From Candidatus Delongbacteria bacterium (GTDB lineage: Bacteria > UBA4055), in assembly GCA_016938275.1 (NCBI GenBank), contig JAFGUZ010000208.1, positions 1 through 32,391 of the forward strand: a stretch of 32,391 nt of DNA. Reading direction: 5' to 3'. Position numbers and translations under genes: made by a program. A model generated the notes under the pieces. That model saw only the letters and a list, made by a program, of their open reading frames with translations. It was not told the DNA's origin and searched no databases. Shown in pieces: positions 18,644 through 27,538 of the stretch. Within the stretch, counting starts at the first letter, position 1, and the number at the start of each line of letters is the position of its first letter.

Positions 18644-19463
18644 AATTGAACATCCAGCTTTAAGAAGTACAATTAGCAGCTCTAAAAATGAGAAAATCAA
18701 AAAAATTATAAAGTTTCAAAAGAGGATTGGCAGAGACAGGTCGGATTATATAGTAATAGACAGTTCACGTGAAATCGCAAGAGCTCTTGAGAATAAGGTA
18801 ATAATTGATGAATTATACTACTGCCCTGAACTTATTCGAAACGAAGAAACTTTACAATTATTCAATAAATTATCAAAATCAATTCCCTTTGTTTTCGAAT
18901 TGGATCTAGATGTTTTCACAAAAATATGTTATAAGAACAATCCAGATGGTCTTCTCATTACAGGTAAATTTTCAGCAAAAGCATTAAGTAGTATAGATTT
19001 TAAAAAGGACAATATAATTCTTATTATTGATGGAATTGAAAAACCCGGAAATTTAGGGGCATTGCTTAGAACCGCCGACGGAGCGGGAGTTGACTACATT
19101 GTTAGCGTAAACAGTGTTGTAAATTATAGAAATCCAAATGTGATAAGAGCTTCCACTGGAGTTATCTTTAAGGGAAACTTTATTGAAACAACAGAATCTG
19201 AACTTATAAAATATTTAAAGTTAAACAATTATAGAATTATTACAGCCACGCCTCATGCCAATAATTTATATCATCAGATTGACTATAAAGGTAAAATTGC
19301 TATGATAGTAGGATCTGAAGCTTTTGGAGTCTCCAAATCTTTAGAAAAAGAATCTGATATTAGCGTAGTTATTCCAATGAAAGGATACGCAGACTCTTTG
19401 AATGTTCATCAATCCGCAACAATTGTTTTGTATGAAGCATTAAAACAAAGGTCAGGATTTTGA
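18624..19463 (+). CDS. TrmH/SpoU-family RNA 2'-O-methyltransferase
   Basis: SPOUT motifs IIDGIEKPGNLGALLRTADGAGVD, IVGSEAFGVS and VIPMKGYADSLNVHQSATIVLYE. Probable GTG start at 18624 (AGGAG SD 9 nt upstream); the track lists a TTG at 18618. Overlaps the upstream gene end. Confidence 0.75.
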   Translation: MNTFLNRIEHPALRSTISSSKNEKIKKIIKFQKRIGRDRSDYIVIDSSREIARALENKVIIDELYYCPELIRNEETLQLFNKLSKSIPFVFELDLDVFTKICYKNNPDGLLITGKFSAKALSSIDFKKDNIILIIDGIEKPGNLGALLRTADGAGVDYIVSVNSVVNYRNPNVIRASTGVIFKGNFIETTESELIKYLKLNNYRIITATPHANNLYHQIDYKGKIAMIVGSEAFGVSKSLEKESDISVVIPMKGYADSLNVHQSATIVLYEALKQRSGF

Positions 19464-20104
19464 ATAAGGAACAATATCTTGAAAATTTAAGAGTTTTAAA
19501 AAATGAGTATCCAAAATGGAATGCTCCAGTTGTAACTTTGATAGCTATACATTCCAACGATCCATTTAAAATTTTAATTAGCACTATTCTATCTTTAAGA
19601 ACAAAGGATGAGGTGACAAGCATAGCTTCTGAGCGATTGTTTGAAATTGCTGATTCAGCAGATAAATTAGCAAAACTAGATTCAGAAATAATTGAAAAGC
19701 TAATTTATCCAGTTGGTTTTTATAAACGAAAAGCTATTCAAATAAAACAGATCTGTATTGAGATTATTGATAATTATGGTGGAAATGTTCCTGATAATCT
19801 TAATGATCTTTTGAAGTTTAAAGGTGTAGGAAGAAAGACTGCCAATCTTGTTTTATCTCTAGGATTTAAAATTCCAGCGATTTGCGTAGATGTTCATGTT
19901 CATAGGATCTCTAATAGATTTGGCTTTGTGGAGACTAAAACTCCAGAAGAAACAGAATTCGTGTTAATGGGAAAACTTCCAAAATCAAACTGGAACGATA
20001 TAAATGATCTACTTGTTGCCTTTGGTCAGACGATTTGCAGACCAGTAAGTCCAAAATGCATTCTTTGTCCGCTTAAATTTTGTAAATTTGGTGGAAAATT
20101 CTAA
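19460..20104 (+). CDS. nth: Endonuclease III (DNA glycosylase/AP lyase, HhH-GPD family with 4Fe-4S cluster)
   Basis: LRTKDEVT, HhH FKGVGRKTANLVL, and the C-terminal cysteine cluster CRPVSPKCILCPLKFC. TTG start overlapping the trmH-family stop. Confidence 0.85.
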   Translation: MNKEQYLENLRVLKNEYPKWNAPVVTLIAIHSNDPFKILISTILSLRTKDEVTSIASERLFEIADSADKLAKLDSEIIEKLIYPVGFYKRKAIQIKQICIEIIDNYGGNVPDNLNDLLKFKGVGRKTANLVLSLGFKIPAICVDVHVHRISNRFGFVETKTPEETEFVLMGKLPKSNWNDINDLLVAFGQTICRPVSPKCILCPLKFCKFGGKF

Positions 20105-20165
20105 AAAAAATCATTTTTGATTGTAAATATCTTGATTAGATTAACGTAAAAATTTCGGAGGGAAG

Positions 20166-20345
20166 ATGACTTCAAGAAAAGTATCCATAGATTTTAATGT
20201 TTTTTCTGATTTTGATGATAGTGAATTTTTTGATGCGATGGAAACTGAAGAAAATTTCAAAAACGGTGTAATTGATGAGGAAATAAAAGAGAAATTAGAA
20301 ATTATCTCACATGCCAGACAAGCTTGCAGAAATACAGATGTATAA
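20166..20345 (+). CDS. Small acidic hypothetical protein (59 aa), not in the ORF track
   Basis: ATG at 20166 lies 3 nt after a strong GGAGGGA SD (20157-20163). MTSRKVSIDFNVFSDFDDSEFFDAMETEENFKNGVIDEEIKEKLEIISHARQACRNTDV. A rho-independent terminator follows immediately. Confidence 0.5.
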   Translation: MTSRKVSIDFNVFSDFDDSEFFDAMETEENFKNGVIDEEIKEKLEIISHARQACRNTDV

Positions 20346-20375
20346 AAAAAGGGAGCTATTTGCTCCCTTTTTTTA
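20344..20375. terminator. Bidirectional rho-independent terminator between convergent genes
   Basis: AAAAAAA-GGGAGC-tattt-GCTCCC-TTTTTTT at 20344-20374. Serves the + strand small ORF and the minus-strand lipoprotein gene. Confidence 0.75.
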
Positions 20376-21974
20376 CTCTTCATAATTAAAAACATGAAAA
20401 TCATCTACCATAAACATATAACCATCAACAGATCTATATCTAATACCAATTTTATAATTGCGATCAGTTGTTGTTTTTTCATCTAAATCAAATGAGATTT
20501 GAGTCCAAACATCCTCTGCAAGATCGTAATAAGTGCCATCAGTAAGTTTTCGATCCTCATCCCACATACTACCACTTTGAATATCTTCTGGAGGCACAAT
20601 AGGATTATTATGATTATCCAATTCAGGAAATACATAGATCTGAAATCTTTCTAAACCAAAACTAGAGTCATTAGTTTTTACCCAAAGACTCACCTTAGAG
20701 TTTTGAGTTGGTAAAAAAGGTTCAGAAATCAACCAATCATTATTTTTTGTTCCTCCACTAGCTCCAAATGCTGCAGCATATTTACTACCTGAATAAGCCA
20801 AATTCTTGGTGTCATCAGCTATCGGAGGAGTAGTATTATTGGGATTAAATACAATAAATGAACCAAAATATCCCTCATTTAAAAATGAAAAGGAATCGAT
20901 CAGGATTGTTCGTTCACTATCGTAGTCAACTTGAGTCAGAAAATCTAGTGTAAAATCTTCATAATTTTCAAAATCTTCACTAAATACTGGATTTTCAAAA
21001 ATTTTCAACTTAAGATTATATACTTTTCTTCCACCTCGAGAATCGTTGGATGTAAAACTAATGTTATTCAAACCAACATTCATTTTTTTTGGGTCTAAAT
21101 CTGCAACCCACAAAGTATCTGATCCTTCTAACTTTGTAGCATCAATAGTTTCACTACCATAGACAACTGTAACTCCAGACACAAAATCATCTTGCTCCAG
21201 TTCTTTTGAAGATATAAGAGCTTGGATTACTGTTGAAGTAGCATGGTCGTGATACTCAAACATTTTAGGTGAGATAACATTCATTGTTGGTCTGTTATTT
21301 CTGTAAGTGTAAACAAAATCTGAAGCAACTGATCCGTTGAAGTCAACAGCTATTGCCTCAATAAAATTTATCTCTTTGAGATTAAAGTCTGTTGCTGTCC
21401 AATTGAAGGTGTAATAATCATCTTCAGAATTTTCAAGTGTAAGAGTATCCTTTATATTGATAACCATTTTAATACTTTCTAAACCCAAACCATCCGGATC
21501 TAGTGCTCTTACTTTGAATTGATAATTTATATCGTAGTTTAAGAGCTCACCTAGTTGAGGATTTGTAATTTCGCAAATGGGGATTCTGTTTTCAATTATG
21601 AAAATCGAGTTTTCCCCCAAGCCTCCATCTTTATCCAAAGCGATAACTTTGATCTGATTATTGGGTTTAACATTAAGAGAATCAACAATCCAAGTATAAG
21701 AATACTCTTCTCTATCATTTGCAGATAATAGTGTATCTAGAGAAAGACCATTTATCTCAAATATCACTTTATCAATAGAGCCATCAATATCATTTGCAGT
21801 AGCGGTTATATTTAAACTATCTCCAATTGAAACGCAAGGGCAATTGGGAGGAAGAGATATATCCACAGTAGGGTTTGAGTTTTTTATTGAATCTACATCG
21901 AATCCTGAAGGTACATCACAGGAAACGAATAATAAAGCTAAAATTATAGCTGAAAAGAAAAATAATTTTTTCAT
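20373..21974 (-). CDS. Surface lipoprotein with tandem Ig-like/beta-sandwich repeats, unknown function
   Basis: 533 aa. Signal peptide plus lipobox (LLFVSC). Repetitive beta-rich segments with recurring D-x-DG motifs (IDGSIDK, DKDGGLG, DPDGLGL). C-terminal approx 150 aa has W/Y-rich beta-sandwich character. AGGAG SD. Confidence 0.55.
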   Translation of the reverse strand: MKKLFFFSAIILALLFVSCDVPSGFDVDSIKNSNPTVDISLPPNCPCVSIGDSLNITATANDIDGSIDKVIFEINGLSLDTLLSANDREEYSYTWIVDSLNVKPNNQIKVIALDKDGGLGENSIFIIENRIPICEITNPQLGELLNYDINYQFKVRALDPDGLGLESIKMVINIKDTLTLENSEDDYYTFNWTATDFNLKEINFIEAIAVDFNGSVASDFVYTYRNNRPTMNVISPKMFEYHDHATSTVIQALISSKELEQDDFVSGVTVVYGSETIDATKLEGSDTLWVADLDPKKMNVGLNNISFTSNDSRGGRKVYNLKLKIFENPVFSEDFENYEDFTLDFLTQVDYDSERTILIDSFSFLNEGYFGSFIVFNPNNTTPPIADDTKNLAYSGSKYAAAFGASGGTKNNDWLISEPFLPTQNSKVSLWVKTNDSSFGLERFQIYVFPELDNHNNPIVPPEDIQSGSMWDEDRKLTDGTYYDLAEDVWTQISFDLDEKTTTDRNYKIGIRYRSVDGYMFMVDDFHVFNYEE

Positions 21975-21988
21975 TTTAGTCTCCTGTT

Positions 21989-22714
21989 TTAAAATGTTAA
22001 TGTTAATCCTGTAAAAATATGATCATTCTTGCAATAGATAGTCGGTTTCATACTAATTCCACCTTTTGATTTATTAACGAAGATATTATCTTCATTACTT
22101 AACATCATCGCATCAAAAATATTTGCAAGGTAAATTGCTCCAACTGTACTAATCGAGATCATCAACATATCTCTGCTTGTTTCAGCATCACTTTTAACAC
22201 TATTAGCAAGTTTAGCGTACTTAACCTTGTCAGCATAATTAACTGCTTCTTTGTAAGACTTTTCGTAGCTATCGTAATCATCTAAATTAGTTTGGTGATC
22301 TAAATAATTGAACACAGCCCACCCAATTGACCCTGCAAATAGTAAGCTATATGTAGTTCCAGCTAAATATCTTTTGTTGGAAAATTGACCAAAACCAGGC
22401 AAAAGCATCGATTTCAAAGCAAAATCTGTTTTAGGAATATTCTGAAAGTCAATATCTAAAATATCACCTTCTTCAAAGATTTCATTTTCATTTTCGTAAA
22501 GAATTTCGCCGTTTCTTTTCTTAATTTTGATCCTGTGGACACCTTCCGATACTTCGTAAACACCTTCATCTGAGATTTTTATCATCTCAGTATCAAGATA
22601 CATCGTTAATCCACTCTCATAATTGCTTTTGATTTTTAACTGACCTTTCCCTTCTGCTATTAAGGAAAAGACCATAGCAGTCAAAATGAGCGTCAGAATA
22701 ACTTTCATCTTCAT
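21989..22714 (-). CDS. Secreted/membrane hypothetical protein (PEGA-like beta domain plus DUF5683-like TM segment)
   Basis: 241 aa. Signal peptide. LLPGFGQFSNKRYLAGTTYSLLFAGSIGWAVFNYL resembles the DUF5683 motif. AGGAGG SD. Stop abuts the downstream lipoprotein gene start (operon). Confidence 0.5.
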   Translation of the reverse strand: MKMKVILTLILTAMVFSLIAEGKGQLKIKSNYESGLTMYLDTEMIKISDEGVYEVSEGVHRIKIKKRNGEILYENENEIFEEGDILDIDFQNIPKTDFALKSMLLPGFGQFSNKRYLAGTTYSLLFAGSIGWAVFNYLDHQTNLDDYDSYEKSYKEAVNYADKVKYAKLANSVKSDAETSRDMLMISISTVGAIYLANIFDAMMLSNEDNIFVNKSKGGISMKPTIYCKNDHIFTGLTLTF

Positions 22715-22908
22715 TAAACCTCCTGTTTGAAATTTCCCGAATATATCGTGTATTAAACAAAATAAAAAGTAAATTATTGAAATATTATAACCTCTTTATT
22801 CTTTTTGAATGAATTTAGCTTAATATTTTCCTCCTCTTATTCATCAATTGTATTGTGTTTTATACTCACAAATCATATATTTCATCCAGACGAAGGGAGG
22901 AAGAAAAT

Positions 22909-23223
22909 ATGAGAAAAGCACTATTCCTGATATTTTTATCTCTGTTGTTTACTTTGGTTTACTATATGTACCAAAACTATTTTACCGGGGACTATTCATA
23001 TAAAGCTACAAAAATTCAAAAAGAGTTAAATTTAAAAGCAGGTAAAGAGATTAAAATTCTTGAACGAGAGATTGAGAATGTTAAAGACAGAATAGATCTT
23101 CTACAGAAAAAAGATAAATTTGAAATGGAACGATTGGCAAGAAGCAACGGTTTTTCTGCCGATAACGAAGAAGTTTATATGTATGAAATTAAAAAGAAAG
23201 AGGAGAACAGAGATGGGCTTTAA
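22909..23223 (+). CDS. FtsB/DivIC-like septum-formation initiator protein
   Basis: 105 aa from the ATG at 22909 (GGGAGG SD 9 nt upstream). N-terminal TM ([18 protein letters not shown]), coiled coil ([22 protein letters not shown]), then ERLARSNGF...EEVYMY, typical of the family. The track ORF starts earlier at 22855. Confidence 0.55.
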   Translation: MRKALFLIFLSLLFTLVYYMYQNYFTGDYSYKATKIQKELNLKAGKEIKILEREIENVKDRIDLLQKKDKFEMERLARSNGFSADNEEVYMYEIKKKEENRDGL

Positions 23224-24217
23224 TCTTAAAAACAGACATTTTCTGAAAGAACTTGATTTTACTAAAAAGGAACTTGTATTCCTTCTTCAACTTGCAAAAG
23301 ATTTAAAAAATGCTAAATACGCTGGCATCGAACAACCAAAATTAACAGGTAAAAACATAGCTCTAATTTTTGAGAAAACTTCAACACGTACCAGATGTGC
23401 TTTTGAAGTTGCTGCTCATGACCAAGGTGCTCATGTTACCTACCTTGAACCTACAGGTTCTCAACTTGGTCATAAAGAAACAGTTAAAGATACTGCAAGA
23501 GTACTTGGCAGAATGTATGATGGTATCGAATACCGTGGTTTTGGACAAGAAATTGTTGAAGAATTAGCAGAGTATGCAGGGGTTCCAGTATGGAATGGTC
23601 TAACTAACGAATGGCACCCTACCCAAATGCTTGCAGATGTTCTTACTATGATGGAACACTCACCAAAAGCTCTAGAAGATATATCCTATTGCTATCTTGG
23701 AGATGCTCGTTTTAACATGGGTCGTTCACTTCTTGTAATCGGTGCAATTCTTGGTATGGATGTACGTATTGGTGCTCCAAAAGGTTTGTGGCCACAAACT
23801 GATTTAATTGAAAAATGTAATGAAATCGCTAAAGAATCTGGAGCAAGAATTACTATCACTGAAGATCCTGTAGCTGCAGTAAAAGGTGTTGACTATGTTC
23901 ATACAGATGTTTGGGTTTCTATGGGCGAACCAAAAGAGGTTTGGGAAGAAAGAATTAATCTTTTAAAACCTTACCAAGTAAATGAAGCTATCATGGCTAA
24001 AACTGGTAACCCAAATGTGAAGTTTATGCACTGCCTTCCTGCATTCCACAATGCTGATACAAAAGTAGGAAAACAAGTTTCTGAACAATTTGGTCTTACT
24101 GATGGTATCGAAGTTACTGAAGGAGTTTTTGAAAATACTAATTCAATAGCTTTTGATCAGGCAGAAAACCGTATGCATACTATCAAGGCTGTTATGGTTG
24201 CTACCCTCGGTGCATAA
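23213..24217 (+). CDS. argF: Ornithine carbamoyltransferase
   Basis: 334 aa from the ATG at 23213 (AGGAG SD). Carbamoyl-phosphate motif [24 protein letters not shown]. Anabolic versus catabolic (arcB) cannot be decided from sequence. The track ORF 23120.. is an N-terminally over-extended version. Confidence 0.8.
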   Translation: MGFNLKNRHFLKELDFTKKELVFLLQLAKDLKNAKYAGIEQPKLTGKNIALIFEKTSTRTRCAFEVAAHDQGAHVTYLEPTGSQLGHKETVKDTARVLGRMYDGIEYRGFGQEIVEELAEYAGVPVWNGLTNEWHPTQMLADVLTMMEHSPKALEDISYCYLGDARFNMGRSLLVIGAILGMDVRIGAPKGLWPQTDLIEKCNEIAKESGARITITEDPVAAVKGVDYVHTDVWVSMGEPKEVWEERINLLKPYQVNEAIMAKTGNPNVKFMHCLPAFHNADTKVGKQVSEQFGLTDGIEVTEGVFENTNSIAFDQAENRMHTIKAVMVATLGA

Positions 24218-24236
24218 AGATTGTGCTTCTTATTTT

Positions 24237-24264
24237 AAACCCTGTTTTTACAGGGTTTTTTTAT
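24237..24264 (+). terminator. Rho-independent terminator after the carbamoyltransferase gene
   Basis: AAACCCTG-tttttac-CAGGGTTT followed by TTTTTTATTT. Confidence 0.75.
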
Positions 24265-24354
24265 TTGTTAAAATTAAAACTGCAGTAAATCATAAATTCC
24301 ATACAAAATATGTATAATATTAAATATTATATAAATTTCTTTATGGAGGTTAAA

Positions 24355-24591
24355 ATGCAAGGGAATGAGTGGTTATCACAGAGCTTTGATGACATATATG
24401 ATCAAGCTTTCGCAAATGTTCAATTTAGAAAAGAAAATGATCCTCATTTTGACAAACATGAACTGGAAGAACTTCTCGAAACGCAATATATTTTTCAGGG
24501 TCAAGGTCATAATGGTAGAGGAGAATTAAAAGAGCTGGAGATTTCAGCTACCATTGCGGCCTATGAAGAAGCTTTATTAGAGTGGAACTAA
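24355..24591 (+). CDS. Small hypothetical protein (78 aa), monocistronic
   Basis: ATG at 24355 with a GGAGGT SD 6 nt upstream. Flanked by terminators on both sides. No recognisable motif. Confidence 0.45.
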   Translation: MQGNEWLSQSFDDIYDQAFANVQFRKENDPHFDKHELEELLETQYIFQGQGHNGRGELKELEISATIAAYEEALLEWN

Positions 24592-24644
24592 AGAGGAAAT
24601 TACTGCTTTTATTGGTATTCTTTTTACGTTCAGCTAGTTTTATA

Positions 24645-24676
24645 AAAAAAACACCTGTAAAACAGGTGTTTTTTTA
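24645..24676. terminator. Bidirectional rho-independent terminator between convergent genes (small ORF and hcp)
   Basis: AAAAAAA-ACACCTG-taaa-ACAGGTGT-TTTTTT at 24644-24675. Confidence 0.8.
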
Positions 24677-24690
24677 TAGATTAGCTCTAT

Positions 24691-26304
24691 TTATCCAACC
24701 ATTCTTTTCATATCATCTTTGACATTGGTAATTCCACCAATTCCAAAATTATCAACAAGTACTTTTACTACATTTTGAGAAAGAAAAGCCGGTAGTGTTG
24801 GTCCTAGTGTAATGTTTTTTACACCCAAATGAAGTAAAGCTAGTAAAACTATTACGGCCTTCTGCTCATACCAAGCAATATTATATGCTATTGGAAGATC
24901 ATTTATATTTTCTAAACCAAATGCCTCTTTTAATTTCAAAGCTGTAACTGCAAGAGAATATGAATCATTACACTGACCAGCATCTAAAACTCTGGGAATT
25001 CCACCAATATCGCCAAGATTAAGTTTATTATACTTAAATTTAGCACAACCAGCTGTAAGAATCACAGAATCTTTAGGAAGTTCATTAGCAAAATCAGTAT
25101 AGTAATCTCTCTCTTTACTTCTACCATCACAACCAGCCATTACAACAAATTTCTTAACTGCTCCGGATTTGACAGCTTCCACTACTTTATCAGCTAAAGC
25201 AGTAATTTGAGCATGAGCAAATCCTCCAATTATTTCACCCTTTTCAAGTTCTACTGGAGACTGACATGTTTTAGCCATCTCAATTAGAGGAGAAAAGTCT
25301 TTCATATTACCTTCATTTCTTTGCTCAATGTGAGTACATCCGTCAAATCCAACAGTACCAGTAGTAAATATCCTGTTTTTATAACTTTCTTTTGGAGGAA
25401 CCAGACAATTTGAAGTTAATAAAACCGGACCATTGAAAGATTCGAACTCCTTATCCTGCTTCCACCACGCATTTCCATAGTTGCCAACAAAGTGAGAATA
25501 TTTTTTGAATTTTGGATAGTAATGAGCCGGAAGCATTTCGCAATGAGTATAAACATCTATCCCAGTTCCTTCCGTTTGAACAAGTAATTCTTCAAGATCT
25601 TTAAGATCATGACCACTTATAAGAATTCCGGGATTATTTCTAACACCTATATTTACTTTTGACACTTCGGGATTTCCGTAAGTTTCAGTATTTGCTTTAT
25701 CAAGAAGAGCCATTACATCAACACCAAATTTTCCACATTCAAGTACCAAACCTAGATAGTCGTTAAGTTCAAGATTTTTCATAGTCGCAGAAAGAGCTTT
25801 TACAGTAAAATCTGCAATATCCTGATTTTCATAGCCTAAGTTTAGAGCATGCTCGTAATAAGCAGCCATTCCTTTTAAACCATAAATCAAAAGTTCTTTT
25901 AAACTTCTAATATCTTCGTTCTCTTCAGCTAGAACCGAAGCAACAGTTACAGCATTGTCAATATCCTGACGATTAGACAAAGAGATGGTCACATTTTTTG
26001 GTAAATTTTGAAGTTCTCTAGCAATTTCATCCCTCTTTGTGGCGGTTTCATAGATTCTGTTCACAAAGAAATTTTCATCAAAATTCGCATTTGTTATTGT
26101 TGTAAATAGATTTTCTGCAATAAATCTATTAAGATCTGAACGCTTAATTTTGGAAACTTCAACAACATACGCTAGAGTTTTAGTAGCAAAAATAAGTACA
26201 TCCTGAAGGTTTGCAACGACAGTATCTTTGCCACATGCTCCTTTTGCGTAAGCACATCCAGTACCTTTCATTGCTTCCTGACATTGATAACAGAACATTC
26301 CCAT
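24691..26304 (-). CDS. hcp: Hybrid cluster protein / hydroxylamine reductase
   Basis: 537 aa. N-terminal [27 protein letters not shown] cysteine motif and length are characteristic of Hcp. AAGGAGA SD. Confidence 0.85.
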   Translation of the reverse strand: MGMFCYQCQEAMKGTGCAYAKGACGKDTVVANLQDVLIFATKTLAYVVEVSKIKRSDLNRFIAENLFTTITNANFDENFFVNRIYETATKRDEIARELQNLPKNVTISLSNRQDIDNAVTVASVLAEENEDIRSLKELLIYGLKGMAAYYEHALNLGYENQDIADFTVKALSATMKNLELNDYLGLVLECGKFGVDVMALLDKANTETYGNPEVSKVNIGVRNNPGILISGHDLKDLEELLVQTEGTGIDVYTHCEMLPAHYYPKFKKYSHFVGNYGNAWWKQDKEFESFNGPVLLTSNCLVPPKESYKNRIFTTGTVGFDGCTHIEQRNEGNMKDFSPLIEMAKTCQSPVELEKGEIIGGFAHAQITALADKVVEAVKSGAVKKFVVMAGCDGRSKERDYYTDFANELPKDSVILTAGCAKFKYNKLNLGDIGGIPRVLDAGQCNDSYSLAVTALKLKEAFGLENINDLPIAYNIAWYEQKAVIVLLALLHLGVKNITLGPTLPAFLSQNVVKVLVDNFGIGGITNVKDDMKRMVG

Positions 26305-26361
26305 GATTATCTCCTTTAGTTTATTCTGTCATCAAATTACATTACTAATTTTGTAAAGAAT

Positions 26362-26375
26362 GTAACATATGTTAC
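26362..26375. promoter_or_regulatory. CRP/FNR-type 5-4-5 palindrome GTAACATATGTTAC, 58-71 nt upstream of the hcp start; candidate HcpR-type site
   Basis: Perfect 14-bp palindrome. It has the same ATAT centre and 5-4-5 geometry as TTGACATATGTCAA at 7610-7623. Confidence 0.4.
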
Positions 26376-26381
26376 GATGTT

Positions 26382-26423
26382 AAAAAAAGAGGCTGTGTCA
26401 TTCCGAAAAATTTTGACACAGCC
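26382..26423 (-). terminator. Rho-independent terminator of the zupT/galactokinase-family operon (minus strand)
   Basis: GGCTGTGTCA...TGACACAGCC, a 10-bp perfect stem at 26391-26400/26414-26423. Read on the minus strand it is followed by CTCTTTTTTTAAC. Confidence 0.75.
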
Positions 26424-26435
26424 TAAAATCCACGG

Positions 26436-27530
26436 TTACAAAATCTGGGAATCGTTTTTATAAACTTTTAATCCATCACCAATATTGATGATATATGCTT
26501 TTCCGCCTTCTCGTTCGATGGCTTCTTTTACAGCTTCTGGATTATTTGGAGCATATGCGAACATACAGCCACCACCTCCTGAACCATTGATTTTTCCCCC
26601 AAGAGCACCTGCATCCAAAGCTGAGTTAAGCATTTTTTCAATTTTTTTTGTTGAGATGTTCAAATTATCCCTCAAAACTTCATGATGTTTGTACAATAGT
26701 TTACCAAATTCATAATCATCAAAATTTTTCTCCATTATTACTTTGGCTTCTCTTAAAATATCCCTATTCATTATCCCACCAGAGAAAATACTCCACAAGT
26801 CAGAGTTTAAATATTTTTTCAGATGATTAAATTCTCCTGTAAAAGAGTTAAGATCAAATGATATGCTTTTATTTACCAATTTTGCTGCATCGCTAAAACC
26901 ATTTCTCAGTCTCGACAGAATTCCTAATGTGTCTTTAGGCTCTTTTGAATCACCAAGTACAAAAGTTTTGGAAATAGTGGGTAATTGAACATAGTCTGGA
27001 TCAGGATTGGAAAAGTCTAGATAGAGTACACCACCTTTTGCTGTTGAGTATTGATCCATTCTTCCTCCAGGTTCGCCAAACTCTTCAACTTCTGCATAAT
27101 AAGTGAGTTTACCAATCTCTTCCTTTGAAGAAAAAGTCAACTCAGAAAGGTTTTCAGCTCCTGCCAATAAAAAACCAGCAAAAGCATTATTCAATGCTGA
27201 AGAAGAAGACGTTCCTGAATTTATAGGTATATTTCCTCTTACTGTAAGTTCGAATCCACTGTTAAATACAGCTCCTCTTCTTATGAAATGATTGTAGATT
27301 GATTTAAAATAATCTCTTTTCTTATCATAATTTAACTCATTACCACTGATTTCAAATTCTAGATAAGATCCTATGTCCGGCATATGGATAATTATCTTTT
27401 TCTCATTTATTGAATGCCCTTCAAGTTCAACTATTCTATCAATTGCTGCAGGAATTACCGGCATTTTCAGATAATCCTGATGTTCACCGAAGAGACAGAT
27501 TCTTCCTGGGGCTGATGTTCTTATATCCAT
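26436..27530 (-). CDS. GHMP-family sugar kinase, galactokinase-like
   Basis: 364 aa. SAPGRICLFGEHQDYL (galactokinase signature GEHxDY), PINSGTSSSSALNNA (GHMP motif II), GGRMDQ, and C-terminal GSGGGGC. Substrate not assignable. Confidence 0.7.
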   Translation of the reverse strand: MDIRTSAPGRICLFGEHQDYLKMPVIPAAIDRIVELEGHSINEKKIIIHMPDIGSYLEFEISGNELNYDKKRDYFKSIYNHFIRRGAVFNSGFELTVRGNIPINSGTSSSSALNNAFAGFLLAGAENLSELTFSSKEEIGKLTYYAEVEEFGEPGGRMDQYSTAKGGVLYLDFSNPDPDYVQLPTISKTFVLGDSKEPKDTLGILSRLRNGFSDAAKLVNKSISFDLNSFTGEFNHLKKYLNSDLWSIFSGGIMNRDILREAKVIMEKNFDDYEFGKLLYKHHEVLRDNLNISTKKIEKMLNSALDAGALGGKINGSGGGGCMFAYAPNNPEAVKEAIEREGGKAYIINIGDGLKVYKNDSQIL

Positions 27531-27538
27531 TTTTTCCC

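Noticed and set aside
20141-20404. 87-aa minus-strand ORF in the track
   Set aside because: Low-complexity sequence that runs through the bidirectional terminator hairpin at 20344-20375 and has no SD. The plus-strand 59-aa ORF with a consensus SD explains the locus better.
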